Shown: in pieces, positions 40,779 to 50,692 of the stretch
Layout of the letters: the number at the start of each line of letters is the position of its first letter
How positions within the stretch are numbered: the stretch's first letter is position 1
Assembly (NCBI GenBank): GCA_965197475.1
Contig: CBDANF010000003.1
Location: forward strand, 1,280,001-1,344,000
Reading direction: 5' to 3'
Length of the DNA stretch: 64,000 nucleotides
From: Candidatus Poribacteria bacterium
GTDB lineage: Bacteria; Poribacteria; WGA-4E; WGA-3G
Notes under the pieces: generated by a model
Database searches by the model: none
What the model was told of the DNA's origin: nothing
Seen by the model: only the letters and a program-made list of their open reading frames with translations
Translations under genes and position numbers: made by a program

Positions 40779-41510
40779 TTACGCAATATACGGTTTAGGA
40801 TTCCGTTCAACCTCTGCCAGAAGAGTATCCACATACGCCTTTATGTGAAAGAGACGACAGGATGAATCCCCTACTTTACCCTGTCTCAAATTTCCGAGTG
40901 CATCCCAAAATGCGCCGAGTGCCGGACGATTTAATCCGATAAAATTAGTTTCAGTGTTGTTAGTAAGGCGTTTATTCCAATGGATTACCTCAACGAGATG
41001 AATATAGGTTGAGGTTTGATAATCAACACCGAGCATGAGGAGTTTGCCATCTGTCATGTATGCACGAAACATCGGTGAGTGTGTGCCGTAAGTCTTTCCC
41101 CAAGGTGGATGATCCCACGGGGATTGGTAGCCTTCATGTCGGAGATGATCAGCGACAAATGCTTCAGCACCTTTCCCACGCGCAGCAACAGCATGAGAAT
41201 AATGGTCGGAACGATAAGTGCCGGGCATCTGCCGAAAAAACTCCGTGAGCCACCCCACTGTGGAGGGTGCCTTATCAACATCCCACGATGCGACGCGTTC
41301 TTCAAAAGTCGCTAAAAGGTTGAATGTCGGCATCAAAATCAACCCATCTTGCCCGATGATCGCTTCCAGCACAGAGATTACTGTTCCCGCCCCACCTTTA
41401 ACGCTCCCTAAACTCTTGAAGGAGGAATGGATAAAAAGCGTATCTGCTTTTTCTACGCCGAGATCGGTAAAGTCTTGGATGAGTTTTTCGCGTGTGTAAG
41501 GTGTTTTCAT
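40779..41510 (-). CDS. AAC(3) family N-acetyltransferase
   Basis: IHSSFKSLG, LMPTF, GWLTEFFR, RSDH..H, LMLGV..TYIHLVE. Confidence 0.85.
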   Translation of the reverse strand: MKTPYTREKLIQDFTDLGVEKADTLFIHSSFKSLGSVKGGAGTVISVLEAIIGQDGLILMPTFNLLATFEERVASWDVDKAPSTVGWLTEFFRQMPGTYRSDHYSHAVAARGKGAEAFVADHLRHEGYQSPWDHPPWGKTYGTHSPMFRAYMTDGKLLMLGVDYQTSTYIHLVEVIHWNKRLTNNTETNFIGLNRPALGAFWDALGNLRQGKVGDSSCRLFHIKAYVDTLLAEVERNPKPYIA

Positions 41511-41562
41511 TTTCACGTAAGTTGGGTACAACCCTCTTCCACAAGAAAGTGGTTGCGGTAAA

Positions 41563-42729
41563 CTAAACGGCACCATGTTTTTCCAACAACTCAACTACTT
41601 TTTCTGCGTCTGCTCTTTGCATCTGCTGCGCAACTTGTAGCGGTGGCAACCCTTTATTATTTTTGACATTCGGGTTTGCACCTTTAGTAAGCAACGTTTC
41701 TAAGGCAGCACGCTGCTTTTCGCGATTCTTTATCGTGGATCGGATAGCCTCAAACAACGGGGTTTCACCATTATTATCAGTGGCATCAATATTCGCACCA
41801 TTTTCTATCAACACATTGATGACTTTAAGAAACCCCGCCTTCGCAGCGCAATGCAGAGCTGTTTTTCCTTTGCTACTACGAACATGTATATCTGCACCAA
41901 GTTTTAAAAGTCTCAAAATTTTGTTCGGATGTTCCCCTTTATCACCACGGCATGCATATACAAGCGAAGGCCACCCCATATTATCCAAGGCATTTATGTC
42001 CTCAGAAGGCACACCGTGAGACTTGAGTAGCACACTCATCTCAGAATTGTCGTCTAAGATATGCGGAGCTTTGCTCGGATCCGCTCCGTTTTCGAATAGC
42101 AACTTAACGATGTCTATCCGACCTTCTGACACAGCATGATCCAGTAAGAGTCTACTATGCGGCTTGATTGTCGCCCCTTTGGAGATAAGCAGCTCTACAA
42201 TCCGTATGTTTCCACCAACGATAGCATAGCAAAGAGGGGTTGCCCACGCAGTATCTCGATGCTCAAAGGTATGCGGACCGCCTGATGGTAGCATAACAGA
42301 TTGAAGGTATCCACTATTGACAAGACTGGAGTCGTTTTCAAGAAGTGAAAGTGCCATATCGTAATCACCGAGGTAGGCAGCGGTATGAATATCAATTAAC
42401 GCACCTTGCTGCAGCAGATAATCCGCGACTTCGTCGCGTCCTTCGTGCCGAGCAACACAGTAGGGCGTGATCTCAAGTTCGTGCTGGCTAAGATGGCAAC
42501 CGGGAAGATTTATATCGGCACCACGTGCTACCAAAAATTTAACGACCTTCAACTTTCCACGATACGCAGCTCCCCACAACATCGTCCTGCCGTGCGAACC
42601 GATAGTGTGAATCCATTCAGGTTTATCATCTAAAAGTTGCCGAACAGCGTCAAGGTCACCACGACCTGCCGCAGCAACAACGATTTTAAGGAAGTCGCTC
42701 TGGTTTCCAGTGAGTTGGATTTTTGCCAA
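41563..42729 (-). CDS. ankyrin repeat protein
   Basis: GKTALHCAA, GETPLFEA, GADIN repeats. Confidence 0.9.
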   Translation of the reverse strand: MAKIQLTGNQSDFLKIVVAAAGRGDLDAVRQLLDDKPEWIHTIGSHGRTMLWGAAYRGKLKVVKFLVARGADINLPGCHLSQHELEITPYCVARHEGRDEVADYLLQQGALIDIHTAAYLGDYDMALSLLENDSSLVNSGYLQSVMLPSGGPHTFEHRDTAWATPLCYAIVGGNIRIVELLISKGATIKPHSRLLLDHAVSEGRIDIVKLLFENGADPSKAPHILDDNSEMSVLLKSHGVPSEDINALDNMGWPSLVYACRGDKGEHPNKILRLLKLGADIHVRSSKGKTALHCAAKAGFLKVINVLIENGANIDATDNNGETPLFEAIRSTIKNREKQRAALETLLTKGANPNVKNNKGLPPLQVAQQMQRADAEKVVELLEKHGAV

Positions 42730-42777
42730 TTCCGTGCTCCCTAATTATTGATTAAGATGGGTGGCTATATGCCATAA

Positions 42778-43512
42778 TTACTTTGTGTCTACGACTCGAG
42801 GTCTTCCACCGATGGATGGCGGCAAAAGCATCCGTTTCTGTTGCTCAGTCAAGTCGTCGTATCTGCTAATATCGTAATAATTACCTGACCACGCAGAATG
42901 TCCCGGACTGTATTTATATAGCAACGCACGACGTTGATGCTCAGCTTTCCACAGCATCGTTCCGTGAACGAGTGCTTCAGTGAAAAACAAAACGTCCCCT
43001 GCTTCAAGGGCAGGTTGAACAACATAGTGTACTGGACGCGAAAAGTTACGAACTTCTGAAGGTATATCCCTCAAAAAGTTGCTTTTGTGGCTCCCCGGAA
43101 TGCATGCAAATCCCCCTGCGCCTTCAGGTGCATCCGCAAGGTTGTATGTCATCACACATAAACCATTACGCATGACACCGTCACGATATTTGTACCAGTG
43201 ATCGCCTTCGTTGCCTCCGGGGCGGCCTCCATCCTCACCACCGTGCAGTCCACCACGTCCCTCACCACCTTTCAAAAAAATGGGGTAATCGTGATCAAGT
43301 CGAACATTTGGACCCAACATCTCTACAAGATAGGGTAAAATCTTCGGATGATCAATGAGACGCTTAAAGGGTTCACCCCATAAACTCGGAGGTCCTTGCA
43401 TTCCACCTTTGTCAATAAAGGCGTTCATTTCAGCGACTTCATCATCAGCCAAAACGTTCTTAATTATCAGATAACCCTCAAGGTCTACCTTAAATTTTTC
43501 TTCACCTGTCAT
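42778..43512 (-). CDS. PhyH family protein (tandem paralog 1)
   Basis: DLEGYL, LIDHP, LHGG, IPGSHK, AGDVLFFTEALVHGT. Confidence 0.88.
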   Translation of the reverse strand: MTGEEKFKVDLEGYLIIKNVLADDEVAEMNAFIDKGGMQGPPSLWGEPFKRLIDHPKILPYLVEMLGPNVRLDHDYPIFLKGGEGRGGLHGGEDGGRPGGNEGDHWYKYRDGVMRNGLCVMTYNLADAPEGAGGFACIPGSHKSNFLRDIPSEVRNFSRPVHYVVQPALEAGDVLFFTEALVHGTMLWKAEHQRRALLYKYSPGHSAWSGNYYDISRYDDLTEQQKRMLLPPSIGGRPRVVDTK

Positions 43513-43604
43513 TATAGATAATCCTTTGTTTGGTTTAGTTTTGCTTTCCTACTATGATTGGCGAGGTTGAAAACCTCACCTACCAATTAAAGAACGGAAT
43601 TCCT

Positions 43605-44339
43605 TTAATTCGGGTCCACAACGCGGGGTCGTCTGCCGATAGACGGTGGCATCATCATCCGTTTCTGTTGCTCGGTCAACCCGTAGTATTCGCTGATGTC
43701 GTAATAATTGCCTGACCAAGCCGAGTGTCCTGGGCTATACTTATAGAGTAGCGCACGTCGTTGGTGTTCCGCCTGCCAAGGCATTGTGCCATGAATGAGT
43801 GCTTCCGTGAAAAACAGCACATCGCCCGCTTCAAGCGGTGGTTGCACGACGTAGTGTGCATGGCGTTCAAAGCTACGGACTTCTCTCGGAATTTCCGGTG
43901 CGAAGTTGCTTTTATGGCTTGCTGGAATACAAGCAAACCCGCCTGCACCTTCCGGCGCATCCGCCAAATTGTAGGTCATTACACACAACCCGTTTCGTAT
44001 GATACCGTCGCGATACTTATACCAGTGATCCCCCACATTTCCGCGTGCCTGACCACCATCTTCACCACCGTGCAATCCACCACGTTTCTCCCCGTTGTTC
44101 ATAATAATCGCATAGTCGTGATCTAAACGGGCATGCGGACCCAACAGTTCAATAAGGTATGGAAGTATTTTCGGATGGTCAATCAATCTCTTGAACGGTT
44201 CTCCCCAAAGACTTGGTCGTCTATCCATCTCACCTTTGTCAATAAAAGCATTCATCTCAGCGACCTCATCGTCGGCTAAAACGTTCTTAATAACGAGATA
44301 ACCTTCAAGGTCTACCTTAAATTTCTCTTCACCTGTCAT
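43605..44339 (-). CDS. PhyH family protein (tandem paralog 2)
   Basis: Same 244-aa length and colinear with 42778-43512. Confidence 0.88.
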   Translation of the reverse strand: MTGEEKFKVDLEGYLVIKNVLADDEVAEMNAFIDKGEMDRRPSLWGEPFKRLIDHPKILPYLIELLGPHARLDHDYAIIMNNGEKRGGLHGGEDGGQARGNVGDHWYKYRDGIIRNGLCVMTYNLADAPEGAGGFACIPASHKSNFAPEIPREVRSFERHAHYVVQPPLEAGDVLFFTEALIHGTMPWQAEHQRRALLYKYSPGHSAWSGNYYDISEYYGLTEQQKRMMMPPSIGRRPRVVDPN

Positions 44340-44686
44340 ACAGAAAACTCCTTCCTTTCAGAGACTGGTGATTTTCGATCGTGTGAAAATGATAACATAT
44401 CTGCTGAACAGATGTCAACTGAGAAACTTGACGACTCTCACATGTGATTAGGGTTATCTTTTAGATTGACGACTCAAGGTAGGATTTATTATCGGTAGGG
44501 AGGTATGTATTTGTCTGAATCGTGGATTTGCGTGGATTATAGGTATGAATAAAGCACCGCAAATTAAGAGAAAATATCAAGGTATTTTAGATTTTACTAT
44601 AAATTGAGATCAGCACTCCACTTTACCTCTCGCCTAATAAAAGTTGTATGATAAAACTTGTCAGCAGTTTAAACTGCGAATAGTGT

Positions 44687-45151
44687 TTAATAAAATATAA
44701 ACCAAAATAAAAAAGCGGCAGGTATAAGAATAAAGGCGATCTCTATTAAGTAGAAAATAACAAGCGTGACAGAAAAGATAGCAGCAATCCAACTACTTTT
44801 CGGTTTATTCATGTATTTACCAATATCCATATTAAAGTCAGTATCGTCTTGGTGTCTAACCGCATCATAGTGGTGTCGAAATAGGCGGTTTTGTCGGAGA
44901 AAGAATCCATCAAGAATCCAAAATCCCAAGATGAGAAAAATAACCACCGCAGCCGCCGCAAAGAAAATAGATTCATCCACGGCGGCACCTGGATTTTGGG
45001 AATCTGTGAAAACCAAATTGACAAGTAAAACCTGTGATGTGATGACGATTACTAGACTCCCACCTTTTACCAAAAAACTGTTGAGTCCCAGACGTTTGAT
45101 AACGGCTTGGATCATCTCCAGATGCTTTATAACTTTTTCGGTACCATTCAT
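44687..45151 (-). CDS. small 3-TM membrane protein
   Basis: KHLEMIQAVIKRL..NSFLVKG, FWILDGFFL...RLFR..YD.VR. Confidence 0.7.
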   Translation of the reverse strand: MNGTEKVIKHLEMIQAVIKRLGLNSFLVKGGSLVIVITSQVLLVNLVFTDSQNPGAAVDESIFFAAAAVVIFLILGFWILDGFFLRQNRLFRHHYDAVRHQDDTDFNMDIGKYMNKPKSSWIAAIFSVTLVIFYLIEIAFILIPAAFLFWFIFY

Positions 45152-45384
45152 GAGTTTGTCGTCCTGTATACGGTAGCGGAATAACGAACTGTGATGTTTA
45201 GTTTCCCATTAGTTAGTATGCCGCAAATTGTCTGACCACAAAAATTCAAAACCAGTGTAATCCGAGATTCAGTCGATACAAAAATCCCACCAGCACCCGA
45301 ATCACGGACGGTCATAGATATTCTCCTCGACCAATCCGTGTTCAGACGCTCAATAAGGGCGAAATAAGTTGTTACGGGTGTGCT

Positions 45385-46422
45385 TTACTCTACAACCCAC
45401 GTGTCCCCAGCATTGAGGAGTGCTTCAAGATCGCCTTCACCTTGCTTCTCTTTAGCAAATGCAATCTGGTCAGCCATCATATCCTCATAGCAGTTATGCT
45501 GAACGCTTCGGAAGATACCGATAGGGTGGGGCATTTCAGGCATATCGCTCATACGGGCAAGGAAGTTTGCCAATGTGGTGTTCTCGGCATATTGATCATG
45601 CACAATAAGATCATCTGTACCGTTTGTAACGGTAGTGACTTCAGGTTGGAAGTTTTTTAAACTAATCCCTACTTCACCTTCTTTTCCGAAGAGAAGCGGT
45701 TCTCCGTGCTCAAGCCGCACTGTATTATCTGCTTTAGTAGACTTATCCGTATAAAGTTCAAAAGCTTTCGCGTTAAAGACATAACAGTCTTGATATATTT
45801 CGATAAAAGATGTGCCTTTATGCTCAAACGCGGCTTTAATTGTGGATTGCAGATGTGCAGAATCAGTGTCAAGTGAACGCGCCACAAAGGTCGCACCCGC
45901 AGCCAATGCAAGACTAATCGGATTAAAAGGGGTTTCAAGCGAACCGAACGGACTTGACTTTGTGTTTTTTCCCTGTTCAGAAGTAGGGGAGTATTGTCCT
46001 TTTGTAAGTCCGTAGATTCGGTTGTTGAAGAGAAGAACGTTGATATCAAAGTTACGTCGCATCAAATGTATAAAATGGTTTCCGCCGATAGAGAGTGCGT
46101 CTCCATCGCCAGTGATAACCCAAACCGATAGGTCAGGGTTTGCCATTTTCACACCGGAAGCGATGGTGGGTGCTCTGCCATGGATCGTATGAAACCCGTA
46201 GGTGTTCATATAATAAGGAAACCGACTCGAACATCCGATCCCTGAGATAAACACGATGTTCTCTTTGGGAACACCCAATTCCGGCATAATTCGTCGAGTC
46301 TGGGCAAGGATGGAGTAATCGCCACAACGTGGACACCACCGTACATCCTGGTCGGATTTAAAATCATTTGCGGTGAGGGTAGGCACCCCACTCGGAATGC
46401 CTGAAGATTTTTTATTTATCAT
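45385..46422 (-). CDS. korB: 2-oxoacid:ferredoxin oxidoreductase beta subunit
   Basis: WCPRCGD, SGIGCSSR, HGRA, GDGD, NNRIYGLTKGQYSPT. Confidence 0.93.
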   Translation of the reverse strand: MINKKSSGIPSGVPTLTANDFKSDQDVRWCPRCGDYSILAQTRRIMPELGVPKENIVFISGIGCSSRFPYYMNTYGFHTIHGRAPTIASGVKMANPDLSVWVITGDGDALSIGGNHFIHLMRRNFDINVLLFNNRIYGLTKGQYSPTSEQGKNTKSSPFGSLETPFNPISLALAAGATFVARSLDTDSAHLQSTIKAAFEHKGTSFIEIYQDCYVFNAKAFELYTDKSTKADNTVRLEHGEPLLFGKEGEVGISLKNFQPEVTTVTNGTDDLIVHDQYAENTTLANFLARMSDMPEMPHPIGIFRSVQHNCYEDMMADQIAFAKEKQGEGDLEALLNAGDTWVVE

Positions 46423-46504
46423 AAGTGTGCCTGCCTTTTTGCACATTAACAGAGACATTTTCAATGAAACAGTCAAAATTGTTTATGTCTAATCCTGGCA
46501 TATT

Positions 46505-48340
46505 TTAACGTTTAAGGTATGTTTCGATTTCAGATTCCAGTTCAAAAACATAGAAAGGTTGACCTTGAACTTTGTTAAATCCGACTGCATCAATGAGAAA
46601 TTTGCTCCGGATTAATTGACGAAGATGACCACTGTTTAATTCAGGTATTAAAACGGTCTTGAATCGACTAAGAATCTCGCCCAAGTCATTCGGAAATGGG
46701 TTCAGGTGACGTAAGTGCACATGACCTATCGCACTACCTTCTTCAAGTCTATTTTCAACAACAGTGCGGATAACTCCAAAAGTACCGCCCCATCCGAGTA
46801 CCAGCAGCCCACCTTCCTGTGCACCAAACACCTCAGTGTCGGGTATATCCTCAGCGATGCGCTTGACTTTTTCTGCTCTAATAAACACCATTTTCTCATG
46901 ATTTTCCGGATCGTAACTCACATTTCCTGTGATGTCAGACTTTTCCAAACCACCGATGCGGTGCTCAAGTCCCGGAGTGCCTGGCTTCGCCCAGGGTCTT
47001 GCAAGTGTCTCAGTATCTCTCAGGTAAGGTTCAAAACCATCTACATCGGTACGGAAATTAGGTTCAATTTTAGGTAGATCCGCAATATCTGGAATCAGCC
47101 ACGGTTCAGCACCAAGCGCGATATACAGTTCTGATAAGAAGATTACCGGAGTACGATATTTTACTGCAATTCGGCACGCCTCATAAACGGTCTCAAAACA
47201 GTCAGTGGGGCGGCAAGCCGCAAGGATAGGGACAGGAGATTCTCCATTCCTACCGTATAACATCTGCAATAGGTCTGTTTGTTCGGTTTTTGTTGGCATC
47301 CCTGTTGAAGGACCAGCTCTTTGGATATTACAGACAACGAGGGGTAACTCAGCAATCATAGCAAGATTAATGGCTTCAGATTTTAGGGCAAGACCTGGAC
47401 CACTACTACCAGTTACACCAAGTGCACCACTAAAAGCAGCACCGATTGCCACGCCAACAGCAGCAATTTCATCCTCCATCTGCATTGTCACAATACCAAA
47501 GTTGCGATAATTTGCTAAACCGTGAAGGATGTCACTGGCAGGTGTAATCGGATAGCTGCCATAAACCAACTGTAACCCAGATTGGCGCGCGGCAGCAACG
47601 AGACCGAGAACAGTCGATGTATTACCTTCAATATTTCTGTATTTTCCGGGGGCAAATTTTGCGGATTTCACCTCATAAGAGGTTACAAATTGTTCAGTCA
47701 TATCGCAATAGTTATTCCCTGCCCGGAGTGCTAAGATATTCGGTTCCAGGAATTCCGTTTTTCTGGTAGCGAACTTAGTCTTAATCCATCTTATTGTATA
47801 TTCCATGGGGCGGTTGTATAACCAGAGGATCATGCCGAGTGCAAAAAAGTTTTTACATTTATCTTGTTCGCTGTAACTGAGACTGGTGTTTTCAAGTACT
47901 TTTCGAGTGAGGCGTGTCAATTCAACAGGAAAAACTTGATACTTGGTTAGTGATTCGTCCTCAAGTGGATTTTCGGTATAACCCGCAAGTCGTAGGTTTT
48001 TAGATGAAAAGTTGTCAGAATTGACAATGAGTATTCCGTTATTTTTTAATTTATTGAGATGGACTTTTAATGCAGCGGGATTCATCGCTACAAGCACGTC
48101 ACAGACATCACCGGGAGTGTGAATGGTTTCGCTGGAGAACTGTAATTGGAAGCCAGAGACCCCAGCAAGCGAACCAGCAGGGGCTTGAATTTCAGCGGGG
48201 TAATCGGGCAGCGTGGCGACATCGTTCCCGATAATAGCGGAGGTTTCTGTCATTTGCGTTCCGATTGTTTGGGAACCGTCGCCGGAGTCCCCAGCAAACA
48301 GAACTGTTGCCGTCTGAATTTGCTCTACTTGCTTACGCAT
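46505..48340 (-). CDS. korA: 2-oxoacid:ferredoxin oxidoreductase alpha subunit
   Basis: FAGDSGDG, YPITPAS, EDEIAA, SGPG, QRAGPSTGMPTK. Confidence 0.93.
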   Translation of the reverse strand: MRKQVEQIQTATVLFAGDSGDGSQTIGTQMTETSAIIGNDVATLPDYPAEIQAPAGSLAGVSGFQLQFSSETIHTPGDVCDVLVAMNPAALKVHLNKLKNNGILIVNSDNFSSKNLRLAGYTENPLEDESLTKYQVFPVELTRLTRKVLENTSLSYSEQDKCKNFFALGMILWLYNRPMEYTIRWIKTKFATRKTEFLEPNILALRAGNNYCDMTEQFVTSYEVKSAKFAPGKYRNIEGNTSTVLGLVAAARQSGLQLVYGSYPITPASDILHGLANYRNFGIVTMQMEDEIAAVGVAIGAAFSGALGVTGSSGPGLALKSEAINLAMIAELPLVVCNIQRAGPSTGMPTKTEQTDLLQMLYGRNGESPVPILAACRPTDCFETVYEACRIAVKYRTPVIFLSELYIALGAEPWLIPDIADLPKIEPNFRTDVDGFEPYLRDTETLARPWAKPGTPGLEHRIGGLEKSDITGNVSYDPENHEKMVFIRAEKVKRIAEDIPDTEVFGAQEGGLLVLGWGGTFGVIRTVVENRLEEGSAIGHVHLRHLNPFPNDLGEILSRFKTVLIPELNSGHLRQLIRSKFLIDAVGFNKVQGQPFYVFELESEIETYLKR

Positions 48341-48417
48341 CAGTGTTCAGCCTTTTTATATGCTATTTAGTAGGGGTGAGACCTCAGAGTCCACCTATAA
48401 AAGACCTCGTCCATGTG

Positions 48418-48957
48418 TTATGCTCCTTCTCGTGCTTTCAACGCATCTCGTATTGGGTTAGGGGGCAATGTCAATACTTCTTGTGGGAAATATTCAACGA
48501 GATAAGAGATAACATCTCGAATTGACACCATGCCAATAGGGTGCTGCTGCTCATCAACAATGGGCAAGTGTCGAAAACCGCCTCGTGCCATATACAACAC
48601 AGCTGTATCCAACATATCTTCGGGGCTTGCTGTTTGTGGGTCAGCTTTCATGAATTGCGTAACAGGAATTTGCGTTAGATCGCCTACCTGTTTGTTTAAG
48701 ACTTTGCGTAACACGTCACGTTCGCCAAAAATACCACGAAGAACCCCATCATCCACAACAGATGCAGCACCGATATGATGTTCAATTAGCAAATCGATAG
48801 CGTCCTGCGTGCTTGCTGAAACGTCAATCGTCACACAAGACCGCATCAAATGTCGAAGTGGTACCTGAATTTCACGCACTTCCAATACTTTATGAGATGC
48901 CTCCGCATTTTTATCCATATACGCTAATTCTTCATCAATTGCACTGTCGTAAAGCAT
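48418..48957 (-). CDS. CBS domain protein
   Basis: GIFGERD, FRHLPIVD, GMVSIRD. Confidence 0.85.
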   Translation of the reverse strand: MLYDSAIDEELAYMDKNAEASHKVLEVREIQVPLRHLMRSCVTIDVSASTQDAIDLLIEHHIGAASVVDDGVLRGIFGERDVLRKVLNKQVGDLTQIPVTQFMKADPQTASPEDMLDTAVLYMARGGFRHLPIVDEQQHPIGMVSIRDVISYLVEYFPQEVLTLPPNPIRDALKAREGA

Positions 48958-48959
48958 GG

Positions 48960-49397
48960 TTATGCGCCTCCTTCCTGATTCTCAATAAATATAGCAACGT
49001 GGTCTAAAATATCTCGTGTTGAAATCAATCCGATCGGAAACTCCTGGTGCTGGTCATCCCATATACAGAGTGGAACATGTCGAAAATGTCCGAGGTGCAT
49101 TATGTTCAAAGCGAAGGCAATCGGGTCGCTGGCACGCAACGATTCGGGGTTCACCGACATTATTTCTTCAACGTGAACAGTTTCAGGGTCTAACCTTTTT
49201 CCACACACATGAACGAGCAGGTCACGCTCAGTGAGAATCCCGACTAATCGTTGTTCACTGTCAATAACAAGGATACATCCGAAGCCCTCTACTTGCATGA
49301 TGTCAATGACATCTGAGACCGGAGAACCAACTTGCACGGTGGCAGGTTGCTTGTAATCTAACGTGCTAATCGGTAGAGATAACGTTCTCGCGTCCAC
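48960..49397 (-). CDS. CBS domain protein
   Basis: GILTERD, FRHVPL, GLISTRD. Confidence 0.85.
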   Translation of the reverse strand: MDARTLSLPISTLDYKQPATVQVGSPVSDVIDIMQVEGFGCILVIDSEQRLVGILTERDLLVHVCGKRLDPETVHVEEIMSVNPESLRASDPIAFALNIMHLGHFRHVPLCIWDDQHQEFPIGLISTRDILDHVAIFIENQEGGA

Positions 49398-49782
49398 TGT
49401 ATAGGCTCCTTGATGTTAACGTCAAAAAACGAGGTTGGGTTTCTTACTGTCCCTTTTTAAAGGATACTATATTTGGGATGAATTTGCAAGAATATTTTGC
49501 TATGGGAATTATTAATCTTGCATCTCTTTTTTGGATATGCTATACTGTTGTCAAAAAAGTTAACAGTTGCTCATGGGTGGCATGGTTTAAAGACTTGAGC
49601 AAATGTTACTCCCGTGGTCAGATTAAAAATTGAGTTGATTTCTTAATTGTGCATTTGTTATAATGTTCCAAACTTGACAAATAGTAATTTAATTTGGTGG
49701 TAATTAACCTTCGGAATAAGTAGTTTCGGACATTAGATTTCTCATTTTTTTCTCCACTTTTTTCAAAATTCCCACCTTTAAC

Positions 49783-49812
49783 TTGACATTCCCCTTCTTA
49801 AAATTGTAGAAT
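49783..49812 (+). promoter_or_regulatory. sigma70-type promoter of passenger genes
   Basis: TTGACA-18bp-TAGAAT. Confidence 0.55.
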
Positions 49813-49820
49813 TCTTAACA

Positions 49821-49950
49821 GACCAAACTATAACACCATTGGACTATGGGTATCCCATATCTAATGTAAGTTAGGTGTTATGGTTTGGTCACCAGGGATG
49901 CCCACTTCTTTTGTGGAGAAGTTGGGATTTACTGGATGACCAAACCTACA
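49821..49950 (+). promoter_or_regulatory. structured 5' leader with alternative pairings
   Basis: gaccaaactataacacc pairs with ggtgttatggtttggtc; second stem cccacttct/agaagttggg; third element tgaccaaacc. Confidence 0.55.
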
Positions 49951-49966
49951 ATTTAAGGGGTACAAT

Positions 49967-50254
49967 ATGATAATTTTCAGTGTCTTTGTTATCATCGTAG
50001 TATTTTTTATGGTAACACATCTTCGAGCTGACAAAGAAAAGATGGATCAATCAAGCGATGAACATACTAAAAAGATGTGGAAAATGTATGTTAATGCTAT
50101 TGAAAACGAACATTTCCTGTATCCACTCACTTCAGATTTAAGAAATTGGGTTCTTTCCAATCAAGAATTCGGGTGGACTACCCTCGACACTTCAATGCCA
50201 AAAGAAATCCGACATCAGTTTGGCGTGTTTATAATCGAACATGCCAACAAATAG
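49967..50254 (+). CDS. IS passenger: small protein with N-terminal TM helix
   Basis: RBS aagggg; 95-aa ORF with hydrophobic start. Confidence 0.6.
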   Translation: MIIFSVFVIIVVFFMVTHLRADKEKMDQSSDEHTKKMWKMYVNAIENEHFLYPLTSDLRNWVLSNQEFGWTTLDTSMPKEIRHQFGVFIIEHANK

Positions 50255-50265
50255 GGAAGAAAACC

Positions 50266-50550
50266 ATGAAATCCACCAGACAAGCAGCTGAGTTAATCCG
50301 ACTTAGCCTCAATGAATTCAGAACAGGTAATTTTGTTGATGCCCTCGCTTATGTAGAAACAGCATTAGAAATTAACCCCAAAGATGTCCGTGCCTTACAG
50401 ATTCGACCACTTTGTAAATGCTGTTTGATCGTTGAAAGCGGTGCAATTCCACCAAATCTCCAAACTGATATACAAAATATCATCTCAGATTTAAAAGTAT
50501 CAATAGAAACTTTAGACGATATGATTAGGGTTGCTCGGACGAACACTTAA
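50266..50550 (+). CDS. IS passenger: small single-TPR protein
   Basis: GNFVDALAYVETALEINPKD TPR-like helix pair. Confidence 0.6.
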   Translation: MKSTRQAAELIRLSLNEFRTGNFVDALAYVETALEINPKDVRALQIRPLCKCCLIVESGAIPPNLQTDIQNIISDLKVSIETLDDMIRVARTNT

Positions 50551-50692
50551 TTTTTTCGGATATATTCCCTAAATCTTCCATTCCATATTGCTTTAATTGG
50601 TTCAATAGGTCTACCATCTGTTTTTTTTTACAGGTAGGCGGGCCTTTTTGTTTCCACATTCTTGGCAGACTTGTTTTTCTTTAGTCATTTTT

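Noticed and set aside
50548-50688. Tiny - strand ORF (MTKEKQVCQECG...) after the transposase, with an A9 run
   Set aside because: Only 25 codons as read; cannot distinguish a frameshifted microgene from chance
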